NCBI GenBank assembly: GCA_963718525.1
Contig: OY970355.1
Coordinates: 800,001-864,000 of the forward strand
Direction of reading: 5' to 3'
DNA length: 64,000 bases
From: Candidatus Dormiibacterota bacterium
GTDB lineage: Bacteria; Chloroflexota; Dormibacteria; Aeolococcales; Aeolococcaceae
In this document: positions 54,760-64,000 of the stretch, in pieces
How the letters are laid out: each line of letters opens with the position of its first letter
Position numbering within the stretch: the first letter of the stretch is position 1
The notes under the pieces: model-generated
Database searches by the model: none
Told to the model about the DNA's origin: nothing
Seen by the model: only the letters and a program-made list of their open reading frames with translations
Made by a program: the position numbers and the translations under genes

Positions 54760-55926
54760 TCAGATCGAACGGTCGATCAGCGTCCCGGTGCCGAGACCAC
54801 CCCCGCAGCACATCGTCTGCAGACCGTACCTGCCGTCGCGCCGCTCCAGCTCGTGGAGCATCGTGGTCATGAGGCGCGCGCCGCTGGCCCCGAGTGGGTG
54901 CCCCAGGGCGATGGCGCCACCGTTGACGTTGACTCGATCCATGTCCGGATGGTGCTCCTGCGCCCACGCAAGCACCACCGGCGCGAACGCCTCGTTTACC
55001 TCGAAGAGGTCGATGTCGCGGATCTTCAGACCGGACCTCTCCAGCAGCTTTGTGGTCGCCGGGATCGGTCCGGTGAGCATCGTCACGGGGTCGACGCCGA
55101 CGACGGCCTGGGCTGCGATGCGGGCGCGCGGGGTGATTCCGAGCGCCATGGCGCGCTCCAGCGACATCAGCAGAACGGCCGCTGCCCCATCGGTGATCTG
55201 CGAGCTGTTGCCGGCATGCAGGATGCCGTCCGGCTTGAACGCGGGGGGCAGGGCGGCGAGCAACTCGGCCGTGGTGTCCGGACGGATGCCCTGGTCCTGA
55301 CTGATCACCCTGCCGTCGCCGTTGGCGCCGACAACCACGGGAGCGATCTCGCGGTCGAACCGGCCGTTGGCCTGAGCCTCGCCGGCACGCTGCTGCGACC
55401 GTGCCGCGAATTCGTCGGCCTGCTCGCGGGTGATGTGCCACATCTGCGCGATCATCTCGGCGGAGAGCCCCTGGGGCACGAGGTCGTAGACCTCGAGCAG
55501 CTCGGGAGGGAAGGGCGTTCCTGGACCCTGAAGAACTGTCGTTCCCATCGGCACCCGGCTCATGCTCTCGACGCCGGCGGCGATGGTGATGTCGCACACG
55601 CCTGACTGGATGAGGTTGGCGGCAAAGAGGATCGCCTGCTGCGACGAGCCGCACTGACGGTCGACGGTGGTGGCGGGCACCTCGATGGGAAACCCTGCGG
55701 CGAGGACCGCCTGGCGCCCGATGTTCACCGCCTGCTCACCGGTCTGGCTGACACAACCAAAGATGACGTCATCGATCATCGCGGGATCGATGCCGGCGCG
55801 GCCGGTCACCTCACGAAGCACGTGCGCCGCAAGGAGCACGGGATGCACATCGCGAAGATCGCCGTTGCGCTGGTTGCCCCGGCCCATCGGGGTTCGCACC
55901 GCTTCGATGATCACAACGTCAGTCAT
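54760..55926 (-). CDS. Acetyl-CoA C-acyltransferase (thiolase)
   Basis: RTPMG, DRQCGSSQQ, NEAFA, GHPLGASG, MCCGGG; SD-like GAAGGTGG. Confidence 0.94.
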   Translation of the reverse strand: MTDVVIIEAVRTPMGRGNQRNGDLRDVHPVLLAAHVLREVTGRAGIDPAMIDDVIFGCVSQTGEQAVNIGRQAVLAAGFPIEVPATTVDRQCGSSQQAILFAANLIQSGVCDITIAAGVESMSRVPMGTTVLQGPGTPFPPELLEVYDLVPQGLSAEMIAQMWHITREQADEFAARSQQRAGEAQANGRFDREIAPVVVGANGDGRVISQDQGIRPDTTAELLAALPPAFKPDGILHAGNSSQITDGAAAVLLMSLERAMALGITPRARIAAQAVVGVDPVTMLTGPIPATTKLLERSGLKIRDIDLFEVNEAFAPVVLAWAQEHHPDMDRVNVNGGAIALGHPLGASGARLMTTMLHELERRDGRYGLQTMCCGGGLGTGTLIDRSI

Positions 55927-55976
55927 GGTTCCACCTTCATTTGTTCGGGCCGCCAACCTTAGCAGCGGGTACCACA

Positions 55977-57569
55977 TCATCCGTCGAAGCGATACACGGC
56001 CTCGAGAACCGGCCGCGGCGCGGACGCGTCCAGCGCGTTTGCAGGCCCGCGCTCGGCGGCGACCAGCGTCCATCCGGTCGGCGGCATGGGGTCACCTTGC
56101 GTCAGCACGATCACGTCGCCCGTCGCCGGATGGCTCGCGAACACAGCGGCCGCAGCGATCTCCTGCATCCCCAGCGCAGCCAGCCCGGGAGTTGCGTCGT
56201 CGGTCTGCTCCTGGCGTGGTGGCGGCGGCAGGAGTGCGAAGAAGGCCTCGATGTACGGCTGGTCGAGGTTGTCGGAGAGATACACGCGATGCGAGCCCGC
56301 GGCCGCGTGCGCGGCGGTGATGGCTGCGACCTCGCCCGTGTCGAAGAACGGCGCGGCTCGGTACGGATACGCCGCGTAGAGGTCCACTGTGAAGAAGACC
56401 GCCTGGGCCGCCAGGCCCGCACCGAGCACGCCGGCGACGGTGCGGCCCTCGACGATGCGGCCGACGAGCGCGGTCCGGATCCGGTCGGCTCCCAGAACGG
56501 CCAGGATCACCAGCAACGGGAGCATCCCCGACGAACGCAGTGCATGCGGAGTCCCGTTGTTGGTCAGCGCTGCGGGCAGTGGAGCTAGCAGGAGGCACGC
56601 GACGACGAACCGGATATAGGGCTCGCGGCGGCGCTCCCAGCAGGCGATGATCCCCGCGATCAGCAGCGGGGCCATGGCCCAGAGCAGCATCCCGCCGATC
56701 TCGGTGTTCTGACGAGGGTTCGCGTCGCCCTGGAGGAACAGGAAGCTCGGGGTGAAGTAGGAGACGTAGTTGGCGACCAAGCGTCCGATCACCACCCCGA
56801 TGGGCGCTCCGTCCGACCAGATGCTGATCATCGAGAACCGGCCGGTGAGGGAGCCTGGGTTGAGCAGGTCGTAGATCGCGAGCACGACGTACCCCGCACC
56901 GATCGGGACGAGCGCACGCCACCAGCCCGGAGTACGCGCGATGCCCCAGGCGACCGCCAGTGCAATCGCGATCAGGAGGACCTCGAGCCTCGCGGTCGTG
57001 TATCCGTAGATGGACACCGCGAGCAACACCCCGGCGATCCCGAACTGGCGTGACGTCGGCGCCCGGCTCGACAGGCACCAGAGCGCCGCAGCAAGCAGCG
57101 CAACCCACGAGATCGTCTCGAAGCCCACCCGGCTTTCGATCACCAGCCATGGCGTGAACCCCGTCAGCGCCAGCGCGCCGAGCGTGATGAGGCGTGAACC
57201 GGTCAGCCGCCAGGCGGCTGCCGTCAGGAATCCCACCACCACGAGACCGAGGAGCGCCGCCGGGAACCGTTCCACCGCGACCGTGAGTGGCAGGAACCGC
57301 ACCAGCGCTGCCACCGCATAGACATAGATCGGGTTCTTGTATTCGCCAAACGCCTCGAAGAAGAGTGGGAGGTGGATTCCGTGTTCGTCGACGCCGTAGT
57401 GGGCGATCGTCCACGCGTTGTAGCCGATCGATGCCTCGTCGACGTAGAGCCCGGGCGGCGACGCGGAAAGATCGATGAGGTTGCGGGCAACCACGAGCAG
57501 GGCGCCGACGGCGATCGCGCCGGCCCAGAGCCGGCGGTGGAGGCGGGCTGCCTCCGGCTCAGCCTTCAC
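55977..57569 (-). CDS. GT-C/ArnT-PMT (GT39/83-like) membrane glycosyltransferase
   Basis: PPGLYVDEASIGYNA, GEYKNPIYVY, multiple TMs, YFTPSFLFLQGD. GTG overlaps the upstream stop. Confidence 0.8.
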   Translation of the reverse strand: MKAEPEAARLHRRLWAGAIAVGALLVVARNLIDLSASPPGLYVDEASIGYNAWTIAHYGVDEHGIHLPLFFEAFGEYKNPIYVYAVAALVRFLPLTVAVERFPAALLGLVVVGFLTAAAWRLTGSRLITLGALALTGFTPWLVIESRVGFETISWVALLAAALWCLSSRAPTSRQFGIAGVLLAVSIYGYTTARLEVLLIAIALAVAWGIARTPGWWRALVPIGAGYVVLAIYDLLNPGSLTGRFSMISIWSDGAPIGVVIGRLVANYVSYFTPSFLFLQGDANPRQNTEIGGMLLWAMAPLLIAGIIACWERRREPYIRFVVACLLLAPLPAALTNNGTPHALRSSGMLPLLVILAVLGADRIRTALVGRIVEGRTVAGVLGAGLAAQAVFFTVDLYAAYPYRAAPFFDTGEVAAITAAHAAAGSHRVYLSDNLDQPYIEAFFALLPPPPRQEQTDDATPGLAALGMQEIAAAAVFASHPATGDVIVLTQGDPMPPTGWTLVAAERGPANALDASAPRPVLEAVYRFDG

Positions 57570-58288
57570 GCACGCGCGGCGGCGACGAAGTCGGAGAAGA
57601 GCCGGCGCGCCCAGTCGCGCTCGACATAGAGCTCCTCGGGGTGGCACTGGAGTCCGACGACGAATCGACGCCCCGGATGCTCGACCGCCTCGACGAGCCC
57701 ATCGTGCGCACGCGCCGTCACCACGAGGTCGCGGCCGAGGTCGCGCAGGGCCTGGTGATGCATGCTGTTCACGTCGACGAGATGGGACCCGGCAATGGAG
57801 TGCAGCCGCAACTCCGGGATCACGTCGATGTTGTGGGTGAGCTCTTGCCGCGAGCCGTCCTGGGAGTGGTTGTGCTCGGTCGCGCCCTGCGTGCCGACGT
57901 CCTGCCAGAGAGTCCCACCGAGCGCGACATTGAGCACCTGTGCCCCCCGGCAGATCGCCAGCACCGGCTTGTCGGTTTCGAGTGCCCACTGGGCGAGCAG
58001 CATCTCGGCGCGGTCGAGCTCGCTGTCCACCTCGACCGCGCAGTCCGCACGGGTCTCCTCGCCATACAGCGCCGGCTCGACATCGGGACCGCCGGGAAGG
58101 CACAGACCGTCGCAAAGGTCGAAGAGCTCGCGCAGATGCGGCTCGGACAGCGATGAGCTGATCCCCACCGGCGTCGCGCCCGCGCCCTCCAGCGCGTCGA
58201 AATACGCGCGGTTGCGCGCGAGATCCGCGGGGAGTCCCTTCTCGTGCAGCACCCGCAAGGTGATGCCGATCAGCGCTGATCGAGTCAT
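57566..58288 (-). CDS. Gamma-glutamyl-gamma-aminobutyrate hydrolase family (peptidase C26)
   Basis: LPGGPDVEP, LAICRGAQVLNVALGG, VNSMHHQA, LQCHPE. Confidence 0.9.
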   Translation of the reverse strand: MTRSALIGITLRVLHEKGLPADLARNRAYFDALEGAGATPVGISSSLSEPHLRELFDLCDGLCLPGGPDVEPALYGEETRADCAVEVDSELDRAEMLLAQWALETDKPVLAICRGAQVLNVALGGTLWQDVGTQGATEHNHSQDGSRQELTHNIDVIPELRLHSIAGSHLVDVNSMHHQALRDLGRDLVVTARAHDGLVEAVEHPGRRFVVGLQCHPEELYVERDWARRLFSDFVAAARA

Positions 58289-58310
58289 GGCACGGCTCTT
58301 CCCGATGTGT

Positions 58311-59636
58311 CTAGGACGTGAAGCTGAAACGACCGATGTGCAGCCACGGTGACAGTACCCCGGATTCGCCCTCGCCGAGCTCGAGACGCCGCTCGCGGCT
58401 CACCTGGACCACATCAGCAAGCGCCTCGACGATGCTCTGCGTGAACCGGAGGTCCTTGACAGGGCGGGTGATGCTGCCATTCTCGATGAGAAATGTCCCC
58501 TCGCGGGTCATCCCTGTGATCACGGTGCGCAGCGGATGCACGTCGCGCACGTACCAGAACCTCGTGATGTAGAGGCCCCGCGATACCGAGCCGACCATGT
58601 CCTGCCACGGGGTGTCGCCGGCGTCCATGGCGACGTGACGCGGGAGCGGTCCCCACGTATTGGGTTGGGGAAGCGAATGACCCGTTGAGGCGACGCCGTC
58701 GTGCAGCGCGGTCGGGGTGTCGTAGACCACTGCAGCACACGCGCCACGGTCGATCATCGTCACCCGCTGCGTGGACACCCCCTCGTCGTCGAAGGGGAAG
58801 GGGAAGATGTCGTTCGTCGTCGCGTCGTCGGAGATGGTGATCTTCTCGCTCATGAGCTTCTTGCCGAGATGCATGAAGCTCCGATGCTCCTGCACGGCCA
58901 GGGCGCTGAATCCAACCCACGCGAGATGTTCGAGGAGATCGGTGACGGCGTACGGGGACAGCACGACCTCGTAGTCACCCGGGCCGATCGGCGTTGCGCC
59001 CTGGTCGCGTTCGCAGGTGTCCACGACCTCCGCCGCGAGACCGCCCACATCGAGCGCGTCGATGGCCGCCGAGTGCCGGGACGCATAGCCGGCGCCGTCC
59101 TCGCCACGCACGACTGACACCAGGCTAGCCTGGGTCGAGGTCGCCGACCTGCGGACCCCGGCGCTGTTGACGACCGCCGTCGTGGTGGTCGTCGTGCTCA
59201 GTGCTCCATATGCCTGCAGGTGGTGGGCGCCGGCGGCTCCGGTGATCTTCGAGACAAGTTCAGCACGATCCTGCGGCGTGGCCGCGTCGGTCGCCGGCGA
59301 ATAGGCGACGAGCTCGTCGCCGGCGCTCGCCGTGGGTCTGGGCAGTGGTGAGACGTCCAACTCGGCGGTCACACGCCGGGAATCCTCAGCTGCCGCGAAT
59401 GCCAGCGCGACGGCGCCATCGCCGTGACCGCGCACCTCTCCGACGCCGGTGCGGCCGGCCTCGATCAGCCTCACCCTGATGTGGCGGAAGCGCTCGCCGA
59501 CGCTCTGATGGATCTCGTTGCCGGCAAATCGGGTCAGCTCACTCCGCGAGTCGGTGATGACCACCTCGGCCTCGCCGCGCTCGAGCGAGGCCAGTGCCCC
59601 GTCACCGATGCCGAGCAACTCGTCACTGTCGCTCAT
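58311..59636 (-). CDS. tldE: TldE/PmbA family protein
   Basis: TRFAGNEIHQ, FPFDDEG, STGH, GLYITRFWY, TGMTREG; lacks HExxxH. Coupled to tldD. Confidence 0.85.
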   Translation of the reverse strand: MSDSDELLGIGDGALASLERGEAEVVITDSRSELTRFAGNEIHQSVGERFRHIRVRLIEAGRTGVGEVRGHGDGAVALAFAAAEDSRRVTAELDVSPLPRPTASAGDELVAYSPATDAATPQDRAELVSKITGAAGAHHLQAYGALSTTTTTTAVVNSAGVRRSATSTQASLVSVVRGEDGAGYASRHSAAIDALDVGGLAAEVVDTCERDQGATPIGPGDYEVVLSPYAVTDLLEHLAWVGFSALAVQEHRSFMHLGKKLMSEKITISDDATTNDIFPFPFDDEGVSTQRVTMIDRGACAAVVYDTPTALHDGVASTGHSLPQPNTWGPLPRHVAMDAGDTPWQDMVGSVSRGLYITRFWYVRDVHPLRTVITGMTREGTFLIENGSITRPVKDLRFTQSIVEALADVVQVSRERRLELGEGESGVLSPWLHIGRFSFTS

Positions 59637-61075
59637 CGCGACGGCTCCACGCGCACATTGCGGAAGCGGCATGGCGCCGCGCCGTGGCCGACGTGCATAG
59701 ACTGCGGTGGCTGGCCCTTGCCGCAGTTCACGACGCCATACATCTCCCATTCCGACGGACCCGACACCGCGTCGCACGATCCCCAGAACTCGGGCGTCTG
59801 ACCGCTGTAGATCGGGTTGCGCACCAGCCTGGTGCGCTTGCCGTTGATGATCTCCCAGCCGTTCTGAGTCCCGAACTGGAAGTTGAGGCGGCGATCGTCG
59901 ATGCTCCAGGACCGGTTGGTCTCGAGATACACCCCGTGCTCGGTGGTGGCGATCATCTCCTCGAGACTCGAGGTTCCCGGCTCCAGATTGATGTTGGTCA
60001 TGCGGATGATCGGCAGCCTCGACCACCCGTCCGCGCGCATGGCGCCGTTGCTCACCCGGCCGATCGCTGCCGCAGTCTCGCGAGAGGAGAGATAGCCGGT
60101 GAAGATGCCCTGGTCGACAAGCACCGTGCGCTGTGCGGCCACGCCCTCGTCATCCCAGCCGAAGGTGCCGAGCCCCGGCGCGCGCGTGGAGTCCGCGGTC
60201 ATGGTCACGTGCTCGCTCCCGTAGCGGAACGACCCGAGCAGGTCAGGCGTCAGGAATGACGTTCCCGCGTACGCGGCCTCGTGTCCGAGCACTCGGTCGA
60301 GCTCCGTGGGATGGCCACATGATTCGTGCACCTGAAGGGCGGCCTGGGTGGCGTCGAGGATGACCGTCATGGTCCCCGCCGGGCACTGAGCGGCGGTCAG
60401 CAGGGCCACCGCCTCCTCGGCGATCCGCCCGGCGTTCCCGGGAAGGTCGAAGGCCTCGACCGCCTCCCATCCGGCGCAGACCTGATGGCGGCCGAAGCTG
60501 TTCGGGAAGCTCCGCGTCTGCACCTCGTCATCGCTGGTGGCGGTGGCGTCGAGGCCCCCGCCGGATTCGATGATTATCTGGTCGAGCAGCGCCCCCTCCG
60601 TACCCGCGAAATGTCGCTGCTCGCGCACGAATTCGAGCGAGCACTCGCGGACGCGGATCTGGGGCAGGTGGGACATCGCCTCGTCGGTTCGGAGCAGCAG
60701 CTCCACCTTGTCGTCGAGGGAGACGCCGAATGGGTCGCGGATGACCGGCGTGCGGAACTCGCCCATGAGCGTCGGCGCGGGAGCGAGACGCACAGGGGTG
60801 CGATTGACCCGCGATGAGGCTTTGGCGATGTCAACCGCGTGTCGCGCGGCCTCCTCAATGCTCCGAGCGCTCAGATCGTCGACGCCGGCGAATCCCCACG
60901 ACCCGCCGGCGATGACCCGGATGCCGATCCCCTCGTCCTCGTAGAGCTCGACGGAAGCGACCACACCGTTCTTGACGCTGATCCGCTGGACCGTGCGATT
61001 GATAACTCGGCAATCGGCATAGGACGCGCCCGCGGCGGTCGCCGCATCGAGCGCTCGTTCGCTGAGATCACGCAC
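59633..61075 (-). CDS. tldD: TldD metalloprotease
   Basis: HESCGHPTELD, WDDEG, RMTNINL, CGKGQP, VGHG. GTG lies 8 nt after TATACT. Confidence 0.92.
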   Translation of the reverse strand: MRDLSERALDAATAAGASYADCRVINRTVQRISVKNGVVASVELYEDEGIGIRVIAGGSWGFAGVDDLSARSIEEAARHAVDIAKASSRVNRTPVRLAPAPTLMGEFRTPVIRDPFGVSLDDKVELLLRTDEAMSHLPQIRVRECSLEFVREQRHFAGTEGALLDQIIIESGGGLDATATSDDEVQTRSFPNSFGRHQVCAGWEAVEAFDLPGNAGRIAEEAVALLTAAQCPAGTMTVILDATQAALQVHESCGHPTELDRVLGHEAAYAGTSFLTPDLLGSFRYGSEHVTMTADSTRAPGLGTFGWDDEGVAAQRTVLVDQGIFTGYLSSRETAAAIGRVSNGAMRADGWSRLPIIRMTNINLEPGTSSLEEMIATTEHGVYLETNRSWSIDDRRLNFQFGTQNGWEIINGKRTRLVRNPIYSGQTPEFWGSCDAVSGPSEWEMYGVVNCGKGQPPQSMHVGHGAAPCRFRNVRVEPSR

Positions 61076-61117
61076 GAGGCCGGAGTATACGGGCCGTCGC
61101 ACCGGCGAACGTTCGGA

Positions 61118-63094
61118 CTAGCCGGCGCAGTTTCCACCGACGCAGGACCACGCGGCGGCATTGAAATCAGGGACGAGGTCATTCTGCTGCACATCGCGCA
61201 GGCTCGTGGAGTACGTGTTCACGATGACCTGCTGATAGAGCGGGATCGCGGGCAGCAGGGCGGCGAGGCGTTGATCGGCAAGGGCGTAGTCGCTGGCGCG
61301 AGCTGTGAGGTCGGCGCTGTTGTGACCGAGATCCATGTCCTTGTCGAGCTGCGGGTCGTTGAGCCCGCTGAAGTTCATGCCAACCCCGAGGTTCGCGCTG
61401 GAAGGGATGGCATCCTCGTTGAGACAGGCCCCGCCACAGTCACCGTGCCAGATCGACGAGTACGTGTCCGGCTCGCCCGGAATGCCGAGCGCAACCGTGT
61501 AGAGCGCCATGTCGAAGGCGTGGGTCGCCAGCGGGCCGCCATCCGCGAAGGCGCCGAAGAATCGCGCCGCGGGAACGTTCGGCGTGAGGACGGCCGGCAC
61601 GTTGATGCCGATCTTGGCGAGATCACTGCGGATCAACAACTCCACCATGACCCGCACGGGGTCATCGCTGGTGGTACCGAGGTTGACGACGATGCAGGTG
61701 CCATCCCTGGCAGCGCGAAAGCTCTGCCCGTCCGGAGCGGCGCCGCACTTGGTGCTCCGCGTGTCGCCGGCGGTGTCGAGCATTGCATTCGCCGTCGCCG
61801 GGTCGAAGCCGGTGGTGGGGACGGAAGCGCTGCCGAGGTAGCTCGCGCCGAGTCTCATCCACGAGTCCGCGGGCACAGTCGTGACCCCGGGCGCGACCGC
61901 CTTGACGATCGCCTCCCTGTCGATGCCGAGCAGGATCGCCTTCCGGATCGTCGCGTCCGCGGTGTCCTCGTTCTCGGTGACCGCGGGGTTGTCGCACAGG
62001 CCGCCGTCGCCGGCGCAGAGATTGAACATGAGCACCTCGGCGCCGGATCCCAGGACCGGGTCGACGGTCAGCGGCACGGTGTGGGCACGCACGGCTGCGC
62101 TCAGTGACGCGAGCGCCGCCAGGCCGAGGTTCAGGCCAACCTGGACCGCGCCGGAGCGCACGTCCTTCTCCTCGGTGGCGAGGTCGGGTTCAATCCTGAA
62201 GATGATCTTGTCGAGATGCGCCCGACCCTCCTGATCCCAGTAGTTGGGATTGCGAACCAGCACCACCTGAGTTCCGCGGGTGTTGCTCGACATCACGAAC
62301 GGTCCGGTGCCGTCGAGCACCGTGCTCAGCGAGGCGGTGCCCTTGAACGCCGCCGGGTTGCCCGATCCCTTGGTGAGATCGAAGCTGCTCCGCGTCGCCG
62401 CCAGGTCGGCGCCGGCTGCCAGGACCGGGTCGAGCACGGCGGCCGGAAGGATTCCATCGACGCCGCTGCCGAGAGCGAGGTAGGGCCCGTACTGGGACTT
62501 GAAGTCGACGACTGCCTTGTACGGGTCCTGTTCGGTGCACTTGATCACCTGGTTCCACCCGACGGTGGAGACCTGTGGCGACGGACTGGGCTTGCCGAGC
62601 GCGCCGTAGGCGAGCCAGTGGAGCTGGAACGTGTCGCAGACGTCGTGGGACGTCAGGCTGCTGCCGTCGTCCCAGCGCACGCCCTGCCTGACGTGCCAGG
62701 TCACGCACATCGCCGCGGCCTTGTCCGCACACCCGCTCGTCTGGACCCCGCCGTTGGCCACGGTCGGGACCGAGGTGGCGAGGTCGGGGCTCCAGTAGTC
62801 GGCTTCAGACGTGGCGGTCGTGGTTGCCGTCGTCGAGCGGTACCAGAGCAGGCCTTCCTCGACGGGCGCCGCCATCGCGCCCCCAAAGTCGAGCTGACCG
62901 GTGATCCCGGCGTCGAGCAGCGTCGTGGGCGCCTGCCAGACCCCGACCGTCAGGGTGCCGCCCGCCGTTGCGGTGCCACCGGGAGCGCTGGTGGGCGATT
63001 TCGCGGGGGGCGAGGACGTGCAGCCGGCAAGCACGACGGCGAGCACGGTGACGAGCGGCGTGGCCAGACGCCACCATATGGGCCTCGAGGGCAT
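61118..63094 (-). CDS. ABC-type peptide-binding lipoprotein (SBP family 5), Cys-rich
   Basis: Lipobox LAGC, VRWDDG, GTGPF, RNPNYW, IRKAILLGIDR, PAIPLY. Confidence 0.85.
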   Translation of the reverse strand: MPSRPIWWRLATPLVTVLAVVLAGCTSSPPAKSPTSAPGGTATAGGTLTVGVWQAPTTLLDAGITGQLDFGGAMAAPVEEGLLWYRSTTATTTATSEADYWSPDLATSVPTVANGGVQTSGCADKAAAMCVTWHVRQGVRWDDGSSLTSHDVCDTFQLHWLAYGALGKPSPSPQVSTVGWNQVIKCTEQDPYKAVVDFKSQYGPYLALGSGVDGILPAAVLDPVLAAGADLAATRSSFDLTKGSGNPAAFKGTASLSTVLDGTGPFVMSSNTRGTQVVLVRNPNYWDQEGRAHLDKIIFRIEPDLATEEKDVRSGAVQVGLNLGLAALASLSAAVRAHTVPLTVDPVLGSGAEVLMFNLCAGDGGLCDNPAVTENEDTADATIRKAILLGIDREAIVKAVAPGVTTVPADSWMRLGASYLGSASVPTTGFDPATANAMLDTAGDTRSTKCGAAPDGQSFRAARDGTCIVVNLGTTSDDPVRVMVELLIRSDLAKIGINVPAVLTPNVPAARFFGAFADGGPLATHAFDMALYTVALGIPGEPDTYSSIWHGDCGGACLNEDAIPSSANLGVGMNFSGLNDPQLDKDMDLGHNSADLTARASDYALADQRLAALLPAIPLYQQVIVNTYSTSLRDVQQNDLVPDFNAAAWSCVGGNCAG

Positions 63095-63212
63095 GTGTCC
63101 GGAGCCAGCGACATACACGAGCGTGCATTGTGCCCCGCCCGTATAGTGGGACCGGAGTGGTCGATGGGCTAATGGGGATCTTCGCGGTACCGGTGGACCC
63201 TGGAGACATGCC

Positions 63213-64000
63213 ATGAGGATCGGCCGCGGGCGACACCCGCGCAGGCGCGACCCGAGGCGGCGGTTTCGCAATCGCCTGCTCGTGGGCATGGTTTGCGTCG
63301 CGCTGCTGCCACTGGTCGCCTTCGCAGTCCTCGCGGTGTTTGAGCTCGACGCGGTGGCCAAGAGCACGGCCAACGCGACCGAGGCGGCGATCCTGGCGCG
63401 TCAGCAAACGATGACGGATGCGGCGCTCGACAGTCGCGCGTTGTCGCTCGACAACAGCATGAGCACGATCGACAGCGCCATTCAGGAAGGCCTTGGAGGC
63501 GCCCTCACAAGGGCTATTGCCGCTGTCCCCAAAGGGGCGACAGCGCCGCCACTCAGGTTGGCGGCGCTCGGCCCCTCCTTCCAGTACGCCGCCACCACCG
63601 GGGCGGCGGGGAGCACGTTGATCCTGCCTGACGGACCGATCAACGACGTTCCTTTCATCCGAGCGAGCGAGAGCCCAGCCGTCGTCGCGCAGGTGACGAG
63701 CATCCTCAAGATCAACCCCGCCATCGGCACGGTGTGGCTCACGGACACCAGGACCGGGGCGATCCGCGCGTACCCAAACTTCGATCCAACCACCCAGCCC
63801 TATGACCCGCTCCTTCGAGCCAAGGTGCTCTCGGAATCCGAAGGCGGCATCCCTGCTGCGAGCGCACCCAACGTCTGGGTCCAACCAGGCGCCCCCGGGC
63901 GCAGCACCGACGGGCCGTTCTGGTCGGATCCGTACCCGCTGCTCGCGGACGGCTCAGCGGGAGTCAGCGCGTGGTACCAGGACCCCTCGTCGATACAGGT
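63213..64000 (+). CDS. Membrane sensor with extracellular Cache-like domain (3' end outside window)
   Basis: Open frame absent from the ORF track because it has no stop in the window: MRIG..FRNRLLVGMVCVALLPLVAFAVLAV (TM), AYP, FWSDPY Cache-type motif. Confidence 0.7.
   Translation, partial: MRIGRGRHPRRRDPRRRFRNRLLVGMVCVALLPLVAFAVLAVFELDAVAKSTANATEAAILARQQTMTDAALDSRALSLDNSMSTIDSAIQEGLGGALTRAIAAVPKGATAPPLRLAALGPSFQYAATTGAAGSTLILPDGPINDVPFIRASESPAVVAQVTSILKINPAIGTVWLTDTRTGAIRAYPNFDPTTQPYDPLLRAKVLSESEGGIPAASAPNVWVQPGAPGRSTDGPFWSDPYPLLADGSAGVSAWYQDPSSIQ

Overview
This is a high-GC bacterial chromosomal window made mostly of housekeeping genes. The gene content and frequent leaderless-type promoters suggest a Terrabacteria soil lineage such as Ca. 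Dormibacterota or Chloroflexota (inference only). It contains ccdA/dipZ, the glgE-treS-mak-glgB alpha-glucan operon, and a dispersed de novo purine cluster (purHNM, purFLQSCB, purED, guaA, guaB3) with no purK in the window. It also has a GltD-like oxidoreductase with 2-oxoacid oxidoreductase alpha/beta, an ECF sigma/anti-sigma pair, gdhA, a histone-H1-like protein, ltaE, a diguanylate cyclase, infA, metH, a thiolase, tldDE and a Cys-rich peptide-binding lipoprotein. No rRNA, tRNA, CRISPR array or transposase was recognised. Main leads: (1) directly behind a class I purE, where purK normally sits, lie an intact biotin carboxylase and a PycB/OadA-like protein whose pyruvate and metal ligands are all replaced while its biotinyl domain is intact, a candidate biotin-dependent substitute for PurK. 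(2) Recurrent GAGTCG->GAGTTG substitutions and 1-nt insertions at GAGTC, even at conserved residues, probably reflect an unrecognised DNA methylation motif causing read errors. (3) Tandem NrdR-like boxes lie upstream of guaB3-guaA-purD-purE. (4) A structured inverted-repeat element between purS and purQ is bridged by a perfectly coupled ORF. (5) IF-1 carries an Arg-rich N-terminal extension.
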